Origin: Heptranchias perlo
Lineage: Eukaryota
Length of the DNA stretch: 64,000 bases
Assembly: GCF_035084215.1 (NCBI RefSeq)
Contig: NC_090366.1
Location: 10,106,001-10,170,000, forward strand
Reading direction: 5' to 3'
In this document: positions 13,091 to 25,335 of the stretch, in pieces
Layout of the letters: the number at the start of each line of letters is the position of its first letter
How positions within the stretch are numbered: the stretch's first letter is position 1
The notes under the pieces: model-generated
Databases searched by the model: none
Told to the model about the DNA's origin: nothing
Seen by the model: only the letters and a program-made list of their open reading frames with translations
Translations under genes and position numbers: made by a program

Positions 13091-13891
13091 NNNNNNNNNN
13101 NNNNNNNNNNNNNNNNNNNNNNNNNNNNNNNNNNNNNNNNNNNNNNNNNNNNNNNNNNNNNNNNNNNNNNNNNNNNNNNNNNNNNNNNNNNNNNNNNNNN
13201 NNNNNNNNNNNNNNNNNNNNNNNNNNNNNNNNNNNNNNNNNNNNNNNNNNNNNNNNNNNNNNNNNNNNNNNNNNNNNNNNNNNNNNNNNNNNNNNNNNNN
13301 NNNNNNNNNNNNNNNNNNNNNNNNNNNNNNNNNNNNNNNNNNNNNNNNNNNNNNNNNNNNNNNNNNNNNNNNNNNNNNNNNNNNNNNNNNNNNNNNNNNN
13401 NNNNNNNNNNNNNNNNNNNNNNNNNNNNNNNNNNNNNNNNNNNNNNNNNNNNNNNNNNNNNNNNNNNNNNNNNNNNNNNNNNNNNNNNNNNNNNNNNNNN
13501 NNNNNNNNNNNNNNNNNNNNNNNNNNNNNNNNNNNNNNNNNNNNNNNNNNNNNNNNNNNNNNNNNNNNNNNNNNNNNNNNNNNNNNNNNNNNNNNNNNNN
13601 NNNNNNNNNNNNNNNNNNNNNNNNNNNNNNNNNNNNNNNNNNNNNNNNNNNNNNNNNNNNNNNNNNNNNNNNNNNNNNNNNNNNNNNNNNNNNNNNNNNN
13701 NNNNNNNNNNNNNNNNNNNNGCACANNNNNNNNNNNNNNNNNNNNNNNNNNNNNNNNNNNNNNNNNNNNNNNNNNNNNNNNNNNNNNNNNNNNNNNNNNN
13801 NNNNNNNNNNNNNNNNNNNNNNNNNNNNNNNNNNNNNNNNNNNNNNNNNNNNNNNNNNNNNNNNNNNNNNNNNNNNNNNNNNNNNNNNNNN
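13091..13891. other. Undetermined sequence (N runs; also 14116-14315, 25336-25541, 53465-54217)
   Basis: Runs of n, two with isolated called bases inside. Confidence 0.99.
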
Positions 13892-14115
13892 ACAATTTTA
13901 CAACACCAAGTTATAGTCCAGCAATTTTATTTTAAATTCACAAGCTTTCGGAGGCTTCCTCCTTCCTCAGGTGAATGTTCCAACAAACGTTCACCTGAGG
14001 AAGGAGGAAGCCTCCGAAAGCTTGTGAATTTAAAATAAAATTGCTGGACTATAACTTGGTGTTGTAAAATTGTTTACAATTGTCAACCCCAGTCCATCAC
14101 CGGCATCTCCACATC
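13892..14115 (+). mobile_element. PLE terminal fold-back insertion between two N runs
   Basis: Inverted arms of about 88 bp around a ccaaca loop, followed by the same ccccagtccatcaccggcatctccacatc tail. Confidence 0.8.
13990..14028 (+). ncRNA. Minimal type-I hammerhead ribozyme motif (mirror copy on - strand at 13937-13975)
   Basis: ttcac-CTGAGGA-a-ggagg(aag)cctcc-GAAA-gc-TT-gtgaa: stem I ttcac/gtgaa, core CUGANGA, stem II, GAAA and a palindromic AGCU in place of stem III. Confidence 0.7.
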
Positions 14116-14816
14116 NNNNNNNNNNNNNNNNNNNNNNNNNNNNNNNNNNNNNNNNNNNNNNNNNNNNNNNNNNNNNNNNNNNNNNNNNNNNNNNNNNNNN
14201 NNNNNNNNNNNNNNNNNNNNNNNNNNNNNNNNNNNNNNNNNNNNNNNNNNNNNNNNNNNNNNNNNNNNNNNNNNNNNNNNNNNNNNNNNNNNNNNNNNNN
14301 NNNNNNNNNNNNNNNNTACACATGCGCACACACATACACATGCACACTCACATACACACTCACATACGCACACACATACACATGCACACTCACATACACA
14401 CTCACATACGCACACTCATACACACTGACTCACACACATACATATGCACACTCATACACACTGACTCACACACATACATATGCACACTCATACACACTGA
14501 CTCACACATACATACTCACATTCACACACATACATGGGCACACTCACACACATACATGTGCACACTCACATACACATTCATTCACACATACACACACATC
14601 AGATACACACTTACACACACATACACACTCAAAAACACACACACACACGTACACACACGCACTGCACGCACTCCTCCATCAGAATCGCAACGACAGTTCC
14701 CAGAAACATGAGGGCATCTGAGGAACTGACTGCAAGTCTTGCGGTTTGAAATACCCCATCCGCTGCCGAAAATTATCTCTCACCGATGACGGGGGTGAAC
14801 GCACGGCCGGACTCAC

Positions 14817-14824
14817 CCGGCCAT
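14817..14824 (-). CDS. Candidate first coding exon (M-A-G) of an unidentified minus-strand gene
   Basis: Minus strand reads ggagATGGCCGG|gtgagt: good Kozak context and a consensus donor inside a unique, CpG-containing region (14670-15190). Confidence 0.25.
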
Positions 14825-15192
14825 CTCCTCCCACTTATTGTTGTCGATGCTGTTTCGGCCGGAGTTCCTGTTAATTCGCCTCCCCGAGGGATTCCGAGCG
14901 GGGCTGGCAGTGAATGAGTCAGGCTGGTGCCGCGTTTCCAGCCAGCCAGCTGATTGCAAGTCACAAGGGGCCACATCAGACCTTGTGGGGCTCTGGATTT
15001 GAACTCGAGAGTTCACTCCGACAGCCCTGCGATCTTCCCAGCTTCACAAAGGCTCAGTCCTTGAACACACTGAGACTTCACTTGCACACCCCAGCCCAGA
15101 CCGCAGCAAACACAAAACCTCTTCTCTGTCAGCTGCGTGGGAAATTAGTTCAGGGGCAGACTCAAGTTCTGGGCCTTTAAAGCTGCAAGACT

Positions 15193-17122
15193 TGTTTGAT
15201 GGGACAGTGTAGAGGGAGCTTTACTCTGTATCTAACCCCCTGTACCTGCCCTGGGAGTGTTTGATGGGACAGTGTAGAGGGAGCTTTACTCTGTATCTAA
15301 CCCCCTGTACCTGCCCTGGGAGTGTTTGATGGGACAGTGTAGAGGGAGCTTTACTCTGTATCTAACCCCCTGTACCTGCCCTGGGAGTGTTTGATGGGAC
15401 AGTGTAGTGGGAGCTTTACTCTGTATCTAACCCCCTGTACCTGCCCTGGGAGTGTTCGATGGGACGGTGTAGAGGGAGCTTTACTCTGTATCTAACCCCC
15501 TGTACCTGCCCTGGGAGTGTTCGATGGGACGGTGTAGAGGGAGCTTTACTCTGTATCTAACCCCCTGTACCTGCCCTGGGAGTGTTTGATGGGACAGTGT
15601 AGAGGGAGCTTTACTCTGTATCTAACCCTGTACCTGCCCTGGGAGTGTTTCATGGGACAGTGCAGAGGGAGCTTTACTCTGTATCTAACTCCCTGTACCT
15701 GCACTGGGAGTGTTTGATGGGACAGTGTAGAGGGAGCTTTACTCTGTATCTAACCCCCTGTACCTGCCCTGGGAGTGTTTGATGGGACAGTGTAGAGGGA
15801 GCTTTACTCTGTATCTAACCCCCTGTACCTGCCCTGGGAGTGTTTGATGGGACAGTGTAGAGGGAGCTTTACTGTGTATCTAACCCCCTGTACCTGCCCT
15901 GGGAGTGTTTGATGGGTATGAATGTAAAAGGTATGATCAGTAAGTTCGCTGATGATACAAAAATTGGTAGGGTGGTAAATAGCGAGGAGGATAGCCTCAG
16001 TCTGCAGGACGATATAGATGGGTTGGTCAGATGGGCGGAACAGTGGCAAATGGAATTTAACCCGGAAAAGTGCGAGGTGATGCACTTTGGAGGGACTAAC
16101 AAGGCAAGGGAATACACAATGAATGGGAGGACCCTAGGCAAGACAGAGGGTCAGAGGGATCTTGGTGTGCAAGTTCACAGATCCCTGAAGGCGGCGGAAC
16201 AGGTAGATAAGGTGGTAAAGAAGGCATATGGGATACTTGCCTTTATTAGCCGAGGCATAGAATATAAGAGCAAGGAGGTTATGATGGAGCTGTATAAAAC
16301 ACTGGTTAGGCCACAGCTGGAGTACTGTGTGCAGTTCTGGTCGCCACACTACAGGAAGGATGTGATCGCTTTGGAGAGGGTGCAGAGGAGATTCACCAGG
16401 ATGTTACCAGGGCTGGAGCGCTTCAGCTATGAAGAGAGACTGGGAAGATTGGGTTTGTTTTCCTTGGAGCAGAGGAGGCTGAGGGGGGACATGATTGAGG
16501 TGTACAAAATTATGAGGGGCACAGATAGGATGGATACTAAGGAGCTTTTTCCCTTCGTTGAGGGTTCTATAACAAGGGGCCATAGATTCAAGGTAAAAGG
16601 CGGGAGGTTTAGAGGGGATTTGAGAAAGAACTTTTTCACCCAGAGGGTGGTTGGAGTCTGGAACTCACTGCCTGAGAGGGTTGTGGAGGCAGGAACCCTC
16701 ACAACATTCAAGAAGCATTTGGATGAGCACTTGAAATGCCATAGCATACAAGGCTACGGACCAAATGCTGGAATATGGGATTAGAGTAGACAGGGCTGAT
16801 GGCCGGCGCGGACACGATGGGCCGAAGGGCCTCTATCCGTGCTGTATAACTCTATGACTCTATGAGTGTAGAGGGAGCTTTACTCTGCATCTAACCCCCT
16901 GTACCTGCCCTGGGAGTGTTTGATGGGACAGTGTGGAGGGAGCTTTACTCTGTATCTAACCCCCTGTACCTGCCCTGGGAGTGTTTGATGGGACAGTGTA
17001 GAGGGAGCTTTACTCTGTATCTAACCCCCTGTACCTGCCCTGGGAGTGTTTGATGGGACAGTGTAGAGGGAGCTTTACTCTGTATCTCACCCCCTGTACC
17101 TGCCCTGGGAATGTTTGATGCA
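15193..17122 (+). repeat. 65-bp satellite array 1 (split by CR1)
   Basis: Unit gtgtttgatgggacagtgtagagggagctttactctgtatctaaccccctgtacctgccctggga. Confidence 0.95.
15917..16865 (+). mobile_element. Young 5'-truncated CR1 LINE inserted in the 65-bp satellite
   Basis: Uninterrupted ORF2 C-terminus (KFADDTK...LVRPQLEYCVQFWSP...FFTQRVV..WNSLP), 3' UTR hairpin and (actctatg)n tail. Confidence 0.95.
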
Positions 17123-17344
17123 GTTGGGTGAAGGCAGCTTTGGATGGCAATCTTAGGCCTTTGTGCTTCAGTCAATGCATTTTGGAAAATCAGGTGGTGC
17201 AGGATTTTACTTAATGTTTGGAAAACCATTCACCATTTATTTCATGTACATGCACATGTATTTCAGATATGCAATGTCTGTGGGCCCACTGAGTTAGAGA
17301 ATTACCCCTTTATGCCTATAAACTTATATGTGGTTGCAGGTATC

Positions 17345-17830
17345 TATATTATATGTATAGCTGTATATATATTATATTATATATGGGTGTATATATTATA
17401 TTATATGTACGGGTGTATATATTATATTACCTATATGGGTGTATATATTATATTACCTATATGGGTGTATATATTATATTACCTATATGGGTGTATATAT
17501 TATATTATATATATGGGTGTATATATTATATTATATATATGGGTGTATATATTATATTATATATATGGGTGTATATATTATATTATATTATAGATATGGG
17601 TGTATATATCATATTATATATGGGTGTATATATTATATTATATATATGGGTGTATATATTATATTATATTATAGATATGGGTGTATATATCATATTATAT
17701 ATGGGTGTATATATTATATTATATATATGGGTGTATTTATTATATTATATATATGGGTGTATTTATTATATTATATATATGGGTGTATATATTATATTTT
17801 ATATGTATATACACACACATACATATATAA
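17345..17830. repeat. AT-rich minisatellite
   Basis: (atatgggtgtatatattatattat)n-like units. Confidence 0.9.
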
Positions 17831-20800
17831 AGACTTGCATTTATTTTGCTCCTTTGACGACCTCAGGACTTCCCAAAGCCCTTTGCAGCCAATGAAGTAC
17901 TTGTTGAAGTGTAGTCACTGTTGTAATGTTGGAAAGGCGGCAGCCAATTTGTGCACAGCAAGATCCCACAAACAGCAATGTGATAAATGAGCATTTAATC
18001 AGTTTATTTTCAGTGATATTGGTTGAGGGATAAATATTGGCCCCAGGACACCGGGGAGAACTCCCCCTCCCCCCCCCCCTCCACTGTTCTTCTTGGAAAT
18101 AGTGTCAATATAAATGTTACACAAAATCGGAAAGGTTTCAAACGCTGGTCTCACTTCCTCTTACTGTTTGTGGGCTCGACACATCGCTTCCCTCAATTAC
18201 CTTTTGCTTCAAGCTCAGAACCCGCTTCTCACGCCTTTCCTGGCCATCGACTTGTGAAAGGGGGTAGTTTGCTGGGACAGAGATCGACAGGGGTGCATTG
18301 ACCTGGTGCGGGTCAAGAGGAGAAGCGAAAGAGAAAGCGTTCCGATTTGGGGAATTTTCGTCGTTCCCGTCCAGTCAAACAGCTGATCGTTTCCTTCTCC
18401 AAACCTCGGGATTCCACCTGGCGGTAAAAAGAAAAGCCCGGAAAATTCCTACTTTTCGTTGCTTGCAATGTTGAGTTTTAAGAGGCAAGACGTGTGATTA
18501 AAGTCTGTCAAACAAGGATCCAACTGGGAAGATCTCTCATCAACAGCTCTGCAAGGACCTCCTCCCAAAGGTTTCTGAGTGACTAGGTGAGATGCTCCAG
18601 GTAATGTTCCCCACTCTAGCAAGCCATGTGTCCTCTTGAACTGTGTCCATCTAGCTTTTGGGAGACTGATTTATGTAGGCTCATCTGTTCTGCATTCCCA
18701 CCGAAAGGGGAATGATTGCAGATCAGTCTTTGTGATTGAGAAGGTTGGCGACGCTCTCGGATTGTCCTGGAATCTCCAGGAATTGCAAACTGAACTCCTG
18801 GACGATGCTGCGAGTAGAACCCAATAGACAAGAGGGTATTAAAAATGTTGATTTTCTTTGAAGACATTTGTTTATTAGTTATTAAAATATTGGAGAGGGG
18901 GGAAAATTTTGATTGAATGTCAAGAATTACTACTGCCTGTTGTTGGAATGATTCTTGTGCTAATTTTGAGAGATCTGGCTGGAGAGACGCCTGATAGTCC
19001 TGATTTGAGGGTCCTTAGTACAGTAGCCGTTTGGGAGAGATTCTGCACTCGGGAGATTTCCCCCCAATTTTTATGAAAGTTCTCGAAACGTCTAGAGGTT
19101 GGTGAGAAGAGACTTTGCAGGTGGAGGAACATGCTTCCTCAATATTGGGACAAAAGAGGTGGAGGTATCGGAGGAGAGGTAGGGAGGGAGAGAGGAGGAA
19201 AGGAAGAGGGAAGGGGAGAGAGGGGGGAAGGAGGCAGAGGGAGGGAGGGAGGGGGCAGGGGGAGACAGGACGAGAGGGAAGTGTTATCGAGAGAGAAGGT
19301 GAGAGGGAGGAGGAAGGGAGGGAGGGGAAGAGGTAGAAAAGAGAGGAAACAAGGGAGAGGGGAGAAGAGGGAAGGAGAGAGAAAGGGGGAAAGGGAGACA
19401 AAGGGAATGAGATAAAGAGGAGGCAGAGAGAGATTTATATCGCACTTTTCATAACCTGAGGCTGTCCTAAAGTGTTTTACAGCCAATGAAGTATAGTCAT
19501 TGCTGTAATGTAGGAAACGCAGTAGCCAATTTGCACACAGCAAGCAATTTGATAATGACCAACTAATCTGTTTTAGTGATAAATATTGGCCAGGACACCA
19601 GGGATAACTCCCCTGCTCTTCGAAATAGTACCATGAGATCTTTTACATCTACCTGAGAGGTCAGACAGGGCCTCAGTTTTACTCCTCATCCAAAAGATGG
19701 CACCTCCAACAATGCAGCACTCCACTGGAGTGTCAGCCTAGATTTTGTGCTCAAAGTCTCAAGAGCGAGACCTGAACCCCTGACTCTTCTCACTCAAAGG
19801 CGGGTGTGCTACCCACTGAGCCACAGCTGAAAAGAGGAAGAAGGGAGAGAGAGAGAGAGAGAGAGAGAAAAAAGGGAGAGAGATGAGGAAGGGTGAGAGA
19901 AGGAGGCAAAAAGAGAGATAGAGGGATGGAGAGAGATGGAGAAAGAGTCAGGGAAACTAAGATCGAAAAGGATATGTAGATAGATGAAAAATGTGTGGAC
20001 GGACAGATAGTGCAGAGATAGAAAAAATGGATAATGCCCCAGATATTCCTGTCTACCCTACGCCCGGGCATCATCAGGTGGAGCACCTTAGATGACCTTG
20101 AGCCCTGAAAGTCTTCCCCCCTGATACTGAGAGAAGGTACTTGCTTACCTCCTAGTGGGCTCTGACAGGTTAGCTCCGACAGGTCATATCCTCCGATTGG
20201 AGTGGGCCTAATGCCTCTTTCTCTTGGGCCATCTTCCAGTGGGTGATGCTGGAGTCGGTGGGGGGGATCGACATTAGGCCCCTCCCCCTCATTGACATAA
20301 CACTTCAGTTCCTGGACCAGTCGCGCTCCAGACCCCCTTGGGGGAAGCCCTGGAAGTCCCAGAGCAATGGAGGGCACGATGACTCAGCATAAGTGAACTC
20401 CTCCTCTTTCTTCTCTGCTTTACACCATTGGCGGCCGTGCCTTCAGCTGCCTGGGCCGTAAGCTCTGGAATTCCCTCCCTAAACCTCTCCGCCTCTCTCT
20501 CTCCTCCTTTAAGACGCTCCTTAAAACCTACCTCTTTGGCCAAGCTTTTGGTCACCTGTCCAAACATCTCCTTATGTGGCTCGGTGTCAAATTTTGTTTG
20601 ATAATCGCTCCTGTGAAGCGCCTTGGGACGTTTTACTACGTTAAAGGCGCTATATAAATGCAAATGGTGGTTGTTGTTGCCGTTATAGCTGGAATCTCAT
20701 TGTGCTGAAACATTAGTGCTGCTGAACCTAGAGGTTTCTGAACAGCTGGATGTACTAGTGATTTACCACGCCAGTTGTTTATTGTGCAAATAACCGTGTA

Positions 20801-21461
20801 ATCGCGCACGTTACAAGTTTAGCGTCAGTGCCAAGCCGAGACTGCATCTCACCAAACTCGGGGTGCGAATCGGCTGTTAGTGCCTGAACTGAGCTTGGAA
20901 TGAAACAGAATAAGATTCCATCCACCAGGGAGTCTCAGGTTGGGCCCAGACATTGGATTTAGTCCGTATTGATGCTGTAACTGCAACGTAGCTAGGAACC
21001 AAGACCACTGTACTACAGTTGCAGTGTAGATTCAGCTGAAACAGCACAGAAGCAAAGATCTTGCATTCAAATAACATCTTAAACAGACTAAAGAGGTTCA
21101 CAGGCAGTAAACTGCTTTTGAAGTGTTTAAGGGAATTGGCTAGGATATCAAGAGAATTCCCTGCTCTTTTTCACATAAGGCCAGGGTATCATTAACAATC
21201 ACTGAGAGGGCAGGCTTAACACCTCATGCAAAGGACAGCACCTCTGACAATGTAGCACTCCCTCAGTACGGCATTGATACAAGAGTCGCCATTGGATGAT
21301 GAAGAGCAGGGAGTTCTCCCATTGTCCTCGGCCAAGATTCTCCACTCAACCAACGCCACCGAAAACAGTTTAATTGGTCACTTAATCTCATTTGTGGGAC
21401 CTCGCTGCGTACTAATTGGCTGCCAACATAGCAACACTTCAAAAGAAACTTATTGCTTTCG

Positions 21462-21935
21462 GTGTTAGCCGTGGGTAGCACTCTCACCTCTGAGTCACAA
21501 AGGTCGTGGGTTCGAGCCCCACTCCGGAGACTTGAGCCCATAATCCAGGCCGAAGCTCCCAGTAGGCCAGCACTGAGGGAGCGCTGCACCGTTGGAGAGT
21601 GCTGCCTCCCAGCTGAGATGTTAAACCGAGGCCCCGTCTGCCCTCTCAGGTGGGCGCAGAAAGATCCCATGGCCGCTATTTCGAAGAAGAGCAGGTGGGG
21701 GGGGGAGTTCTCCCAGGGGGTGTCCTGGCTAACGTTTAGGGTTAAACCTCAAACAACATCACTTTAAAATGCTCATTTATCTCATCGCTGTTTGTTGGAC
21801 CTTGCTGTGCGCAAATTGGCTGCCAAGTTTCCTACATTACAACAATGACCACACTCCAATAAGTACACCATTGGCTGTAAAGTGTTTTGGGACGTCCTGA
21901 GGTGGTTGAAGGAGCTTTATCAAAGGAAGTCCTTT
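21462..21935 (+). mobile_element. tRNA-headed Deu-domain SINE (SacSINE1/AmnSINE-like), near full length
   Basis: tRNA-like head with B-box gggttcgagcccc, central gagatgttaaaccgaggccccgtctgccc...aaagatcccatggc and an L2-like 3' tail. Confidence 0.75.
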
Positions 21936-22560
21936 CTTATGATTTGTTGTGCGGACCTTTGGGATGTGGTAATTTTTTAGGTACGTTTCTTTGTGTCCTT
22001 GAGATGTGCGTGATGCTGGCAAGGCAGCTGTCCTCCCCTATCCCTGGTAGCCCCGAGGGTATTAAGGGGGTCGTTTGAACCCATGGGCGAGTTTCGCTCA
22101 TTCCGCGGCCTCGCCCGATTTTACTCATCATTGAGCTGAACCAGGGTTAGGTTAAAATCACCCCGGAGGTGTCAACCAGGTAGCGTGAGACTGGAATCGG
22201 TGTGGGCCAGACCAGGCAGTGTTAGTCCTGTAGGGGTTTTTAAACACGACTTTTCACTGGTGAGTTATCTGTTGCCAATTCACAAATGATTCGAATTTAT
22301 TGAATTTAATTTCACCGTTTGCCACATTGGATGTTTGAACCCATGGTGTCTGGGTTACTAGTCCAGTACTATAACCACAAAGCTACTGTACCAATCCAGC
22401 AGGCTCCTGGACCCCTGCCCCCCCTTCGACTCAATATAAACTAAATTATACTATTTTAAAGGAGGTGCAGTAACAGAGAGACCTGGGATGGGGGAGGTTT
22501 ACATACATAATTCTTTGAAGGTGGCAGGATAAGTTGAGAAGGCTGTTTTAAAAAAAGTCA

Positions 22561-22776
22561 TGATGTGGAGATGCCGGTGATGGACTGGGGTTGACAATTG
22601 TAAACAATTTTACAACACCAAGTTATAGTCCAGCAATTTTATTTTAAATTCACAAGCTTTCGGAGGCTACCTCCTTCCTCAGGTGAACGATGTGGAAGGA
22701 GGTAGCCTCCGAAAGCTTGTGAATTTAAAATAAAATTGCTGGACTATAACTTGGTGTTGTAAAATTGTTTACAATT
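22561..22776 (-). mobile_element. PLE terminal fold-back insertion inside a CR1
   Basis: 83-bp inverted arms (22596-22678 / 22694-22776), a 35-nt tail and a 14-bp TSD ttaaaaaaagtcat (22548-22561 / 22775-22788). The sequence matches the end of the 39.6-kb element. Confidence 0.85.
22649..22687 (-). ncRNA. Minimal hammerhead ribozyme motif in a PLE
   Basis: Reverse complement reads ttcac-CTGAGGA-a-ggagg(tag)cctcc-GAAA-gc-TT-gtgaa. Confidence 0.7.
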
Positions 22777-24867
22777 AAAAAAAGTCATAAGGGATTCTGG
22801 GCTTTATAAATAGAGGCATAGAGTACAAAAGCAAGGAAGTTATGCTGAACCTTTATAAAACACTGGTTAGGCCTCAGCTGGAGTATTGTGTCCAATTCTG
22901 GGCACCGCACTTTAGGAAGGATGTCAAGGCCTTGGAGAGGGTGCGGAGGAGATTTACCAGAATGGTACCAGGGATGAGGGGCTTCAGGAGAGGCTGGGAT
23001 TGTTCTCCTCAGAGCAGAGAAGGCTCAGGGGAGATTTAACAGATGCTCAAAATGAGACGGGATTTTGATAGAGTAAATAGGGAGAAAGTGATTTCAGATA
23101 ATTGGCGAAAGAACCAAGAGAAAAAGATTTTTACGCGTTACGATCTGGAACGCGCTGCCTGAAAGGGCGGTGGAAGCAGATTCAGTAGTAACTTTCGAAA
23201 GGGAATTGGATAAATACTTGAAGGGGAAAGATTTGCAGGGTTATGGGGAGAAGAGCAGGCCAAATCGGCCGGCTCTTTCACAGGTGCGATGGGCTAAATG
23301 GCCTCCTTCTGTGCTGCATGATTCTGTGACTCTAAAGCTGGTACTTGCAAACGGGTTGCGTGTCATGTGACAGGACGTGCTTGGCATCGTAGGCTTTTGG
23401 CATACTGCCAGCCACAAATTACTGCCAAGCACTTGAGCAATTATTTGGAAGTGAGTCGGAAAGATGACCAACAAGGAGCCACGGTGCAATCTGATCAATC
23501 TTCTTTGGAAATGTAGCAACAATCAAAGCTGGGGACTGCAAGTTTCCTGAATGCCGAGACGTCTCAGCAAAATGTGTGGAATTGTCTGCCTTTTCCTGCA
23601 GGGGATTTTTGCTCTGTGGGTTTTGCAATGTGTGTGTCATGCTGAACACAATTCTACTGTTTTCTGGGCTTCCTTGTGAAAATTGGGCAATGGTTATGAT
23701 TCACAAAGACACTGGAGCTACCCCTCAGAACATCGGGGCAGGAGGAGGCCATTCAGCCCCTCGGGCCTGTTCCGCTGTTCAATGGCATCATGGCTGATCT
23801 GTATCTTAATCCCATTTACCTGCCTTGGTTCCGTAACCCTTAATCCCCTCACCCAACATAAAATTTATCAATCTCAGCTTTGAAATTTCCAATTGACCCC
23901 CCGGCCTCAATGGCTTTTTGGGGGAAGAGAGTTCCAGATTTCCACTCCCCTTTGTGTGAAGAAGTTCACCCCTGAACGGCCGAGCTCTAATTTTAAGGTT
24001 ATGCCCCCCTTGTTCTGGACTTCCCCCCCCACCAGAGGAAATAGTTTCTCTCTATCTACCCTATCAAATCCTTTAATCACCTTAAACACCTCAATCAGAT
24101 CACCCTCAATCTTCCATAGTCACGGGAATACAAGCTTAGCATGTGCAACCTGGCCTCATAATTTAACCCTTTAAGCCCTGTTATCATTCTGGTGAATCTG
24201 CCCTGCACCCTCTCCAATGCCAATATATCCTTCCTGAGGTGCGGTGCCCATCGGCCCAATTTTCTCCCCTCCCCACGGGACAGCGTTAAGTCTTTGTGTG
24301 CATGGCGTTCCACAGCTGGCAGAGAACACCAATCTCCCATTGTTCAAGAGGGGGATCACTTTGACCGAACCCCCTCTTCCCCCCCAACACTCGAATTTAT
24401 TCTTCATTGACTCCATCGGGGGCGGGGCACAAAACGGGCACTCAAAGAGAACCCGCCCAGGTTAAGATTGCCCCTTGAGTGTTGGTGGGCAAGATGACGG
24501 CTGGGGAGAAGGGAGAGGGTACGTCCATATGTTACTGCGGGAGTCACCAATGGAGAGGAGGTGTTTGGACCCTGGCTGACTTTATTCCCCTCCTCCCGCA
24601 GGGGAACTGAGGCCAATTGTAGAGCCACTACTTATGCCCCAGCGGTGATCAGCTGACTCAACATGGATTGGCGACTGATTTTACCGATCAGGTGGCGCAT
24701 TCTGTCCTTGGCGTTTCGTCAGTCTAATTAGTTGCAGCCAAAGAGGCTAAAACCTTGGCCATTTTTATTCAATTGAAAAGGCCTCCTTCTGTGCCATAAA
24801 TTTCTATGATTTGATGGTGCATTTAAAGGAAGGCATGATGCGAAATGAGGGAGAAAGGAATTTAGAA

Positions 24868-25335
24868 AGACTTGCATTTATATAGCGCCGTTCATGACTT
24901 CAGGACGTCCCAAAACGCTTTACAGCCAATGAAGCACCTTTAAAATGTAGTCACTGTTGTAATGTAGGGAACACAGCAGTTAATTTGCGCACAGCAAGAT
25001 CCCACAGTACAGCACTGAAATTATAGAACAGATCATGCCTTTTGTAGGTGTTGGTTGAGGGATAAATATTGGCCACAGGACACTGGGGAGAACTCCCCCT
25101 GCACTTCTTCAAATAGTGGCCGTGGGATCTTTTACATCCACCTGAGAGGGGCAGACGGGGCCTCGGTTTAACGTCTCCTCCGAAAGACGGCACCTCCGAC
25201 AGTGCAGCACTCCCTCAGTACTGGCACTGGGAGTGTCGGCCTGGATTATGTGTTCAAGTCTCTGGAGTGGGTCTTCGAACCCATGACCTTCTGACTCAGA
25301 GAGGGGAAGAGAGAGCACAACCCACTGAGCCACCT
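24868..25335 (-). mobile_element. Deu-domain SINE. Further copies: ~8130-8330 +, 9845-10260 -, 17830-18100 -, 19430-19830 -, 29400-29810 -, 32015-32235 -, 38430-38758 -, 41020-41310 -, 42700-43145 -, 49190-49510 -, 57655-57990 -, 59795-59970 -
   Basis: Same consensus in reverse orientation, with recurring gcgcacagcaagatcccaca and cccactgagcc. Confidence 0.8.

Larger units (their letters stand above)
22430..23330 (+). mobile_element. Decayed CR1 3' portion, interrupted by a PLE
   Basis: LYKTLVRPQLEYCVQFWAPHFRKDVKALERV. Confidence 0.85.

Noticed and set aside
15193-15260. 65-bp satellite as a ribozyme-containing retrozyme unit
   Set aside because: There is no CUGANGA/GAAA core on either strand of the unit.
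15909-16784. Intact 291-aa RT-like ORF (and the 324-aa ORF at 52350-53324) as host or domesticated genes
   Set aside because: Both are 5'-truncated CR1 ORF2 ends with normal 3' UTRs. The open frames reflect youth, and the apparent starts come from flanking repeat or internal codons.
17144-17990. Tyr/Ile-rich hydrophobic ORFs
   Set aside because: Translations of an AT-rich minisatellite.
21462-21530. tRNA-like sequence with A/B boxes
   Set aside because: It is the head of a SINE and continues directly into the Deu domain.
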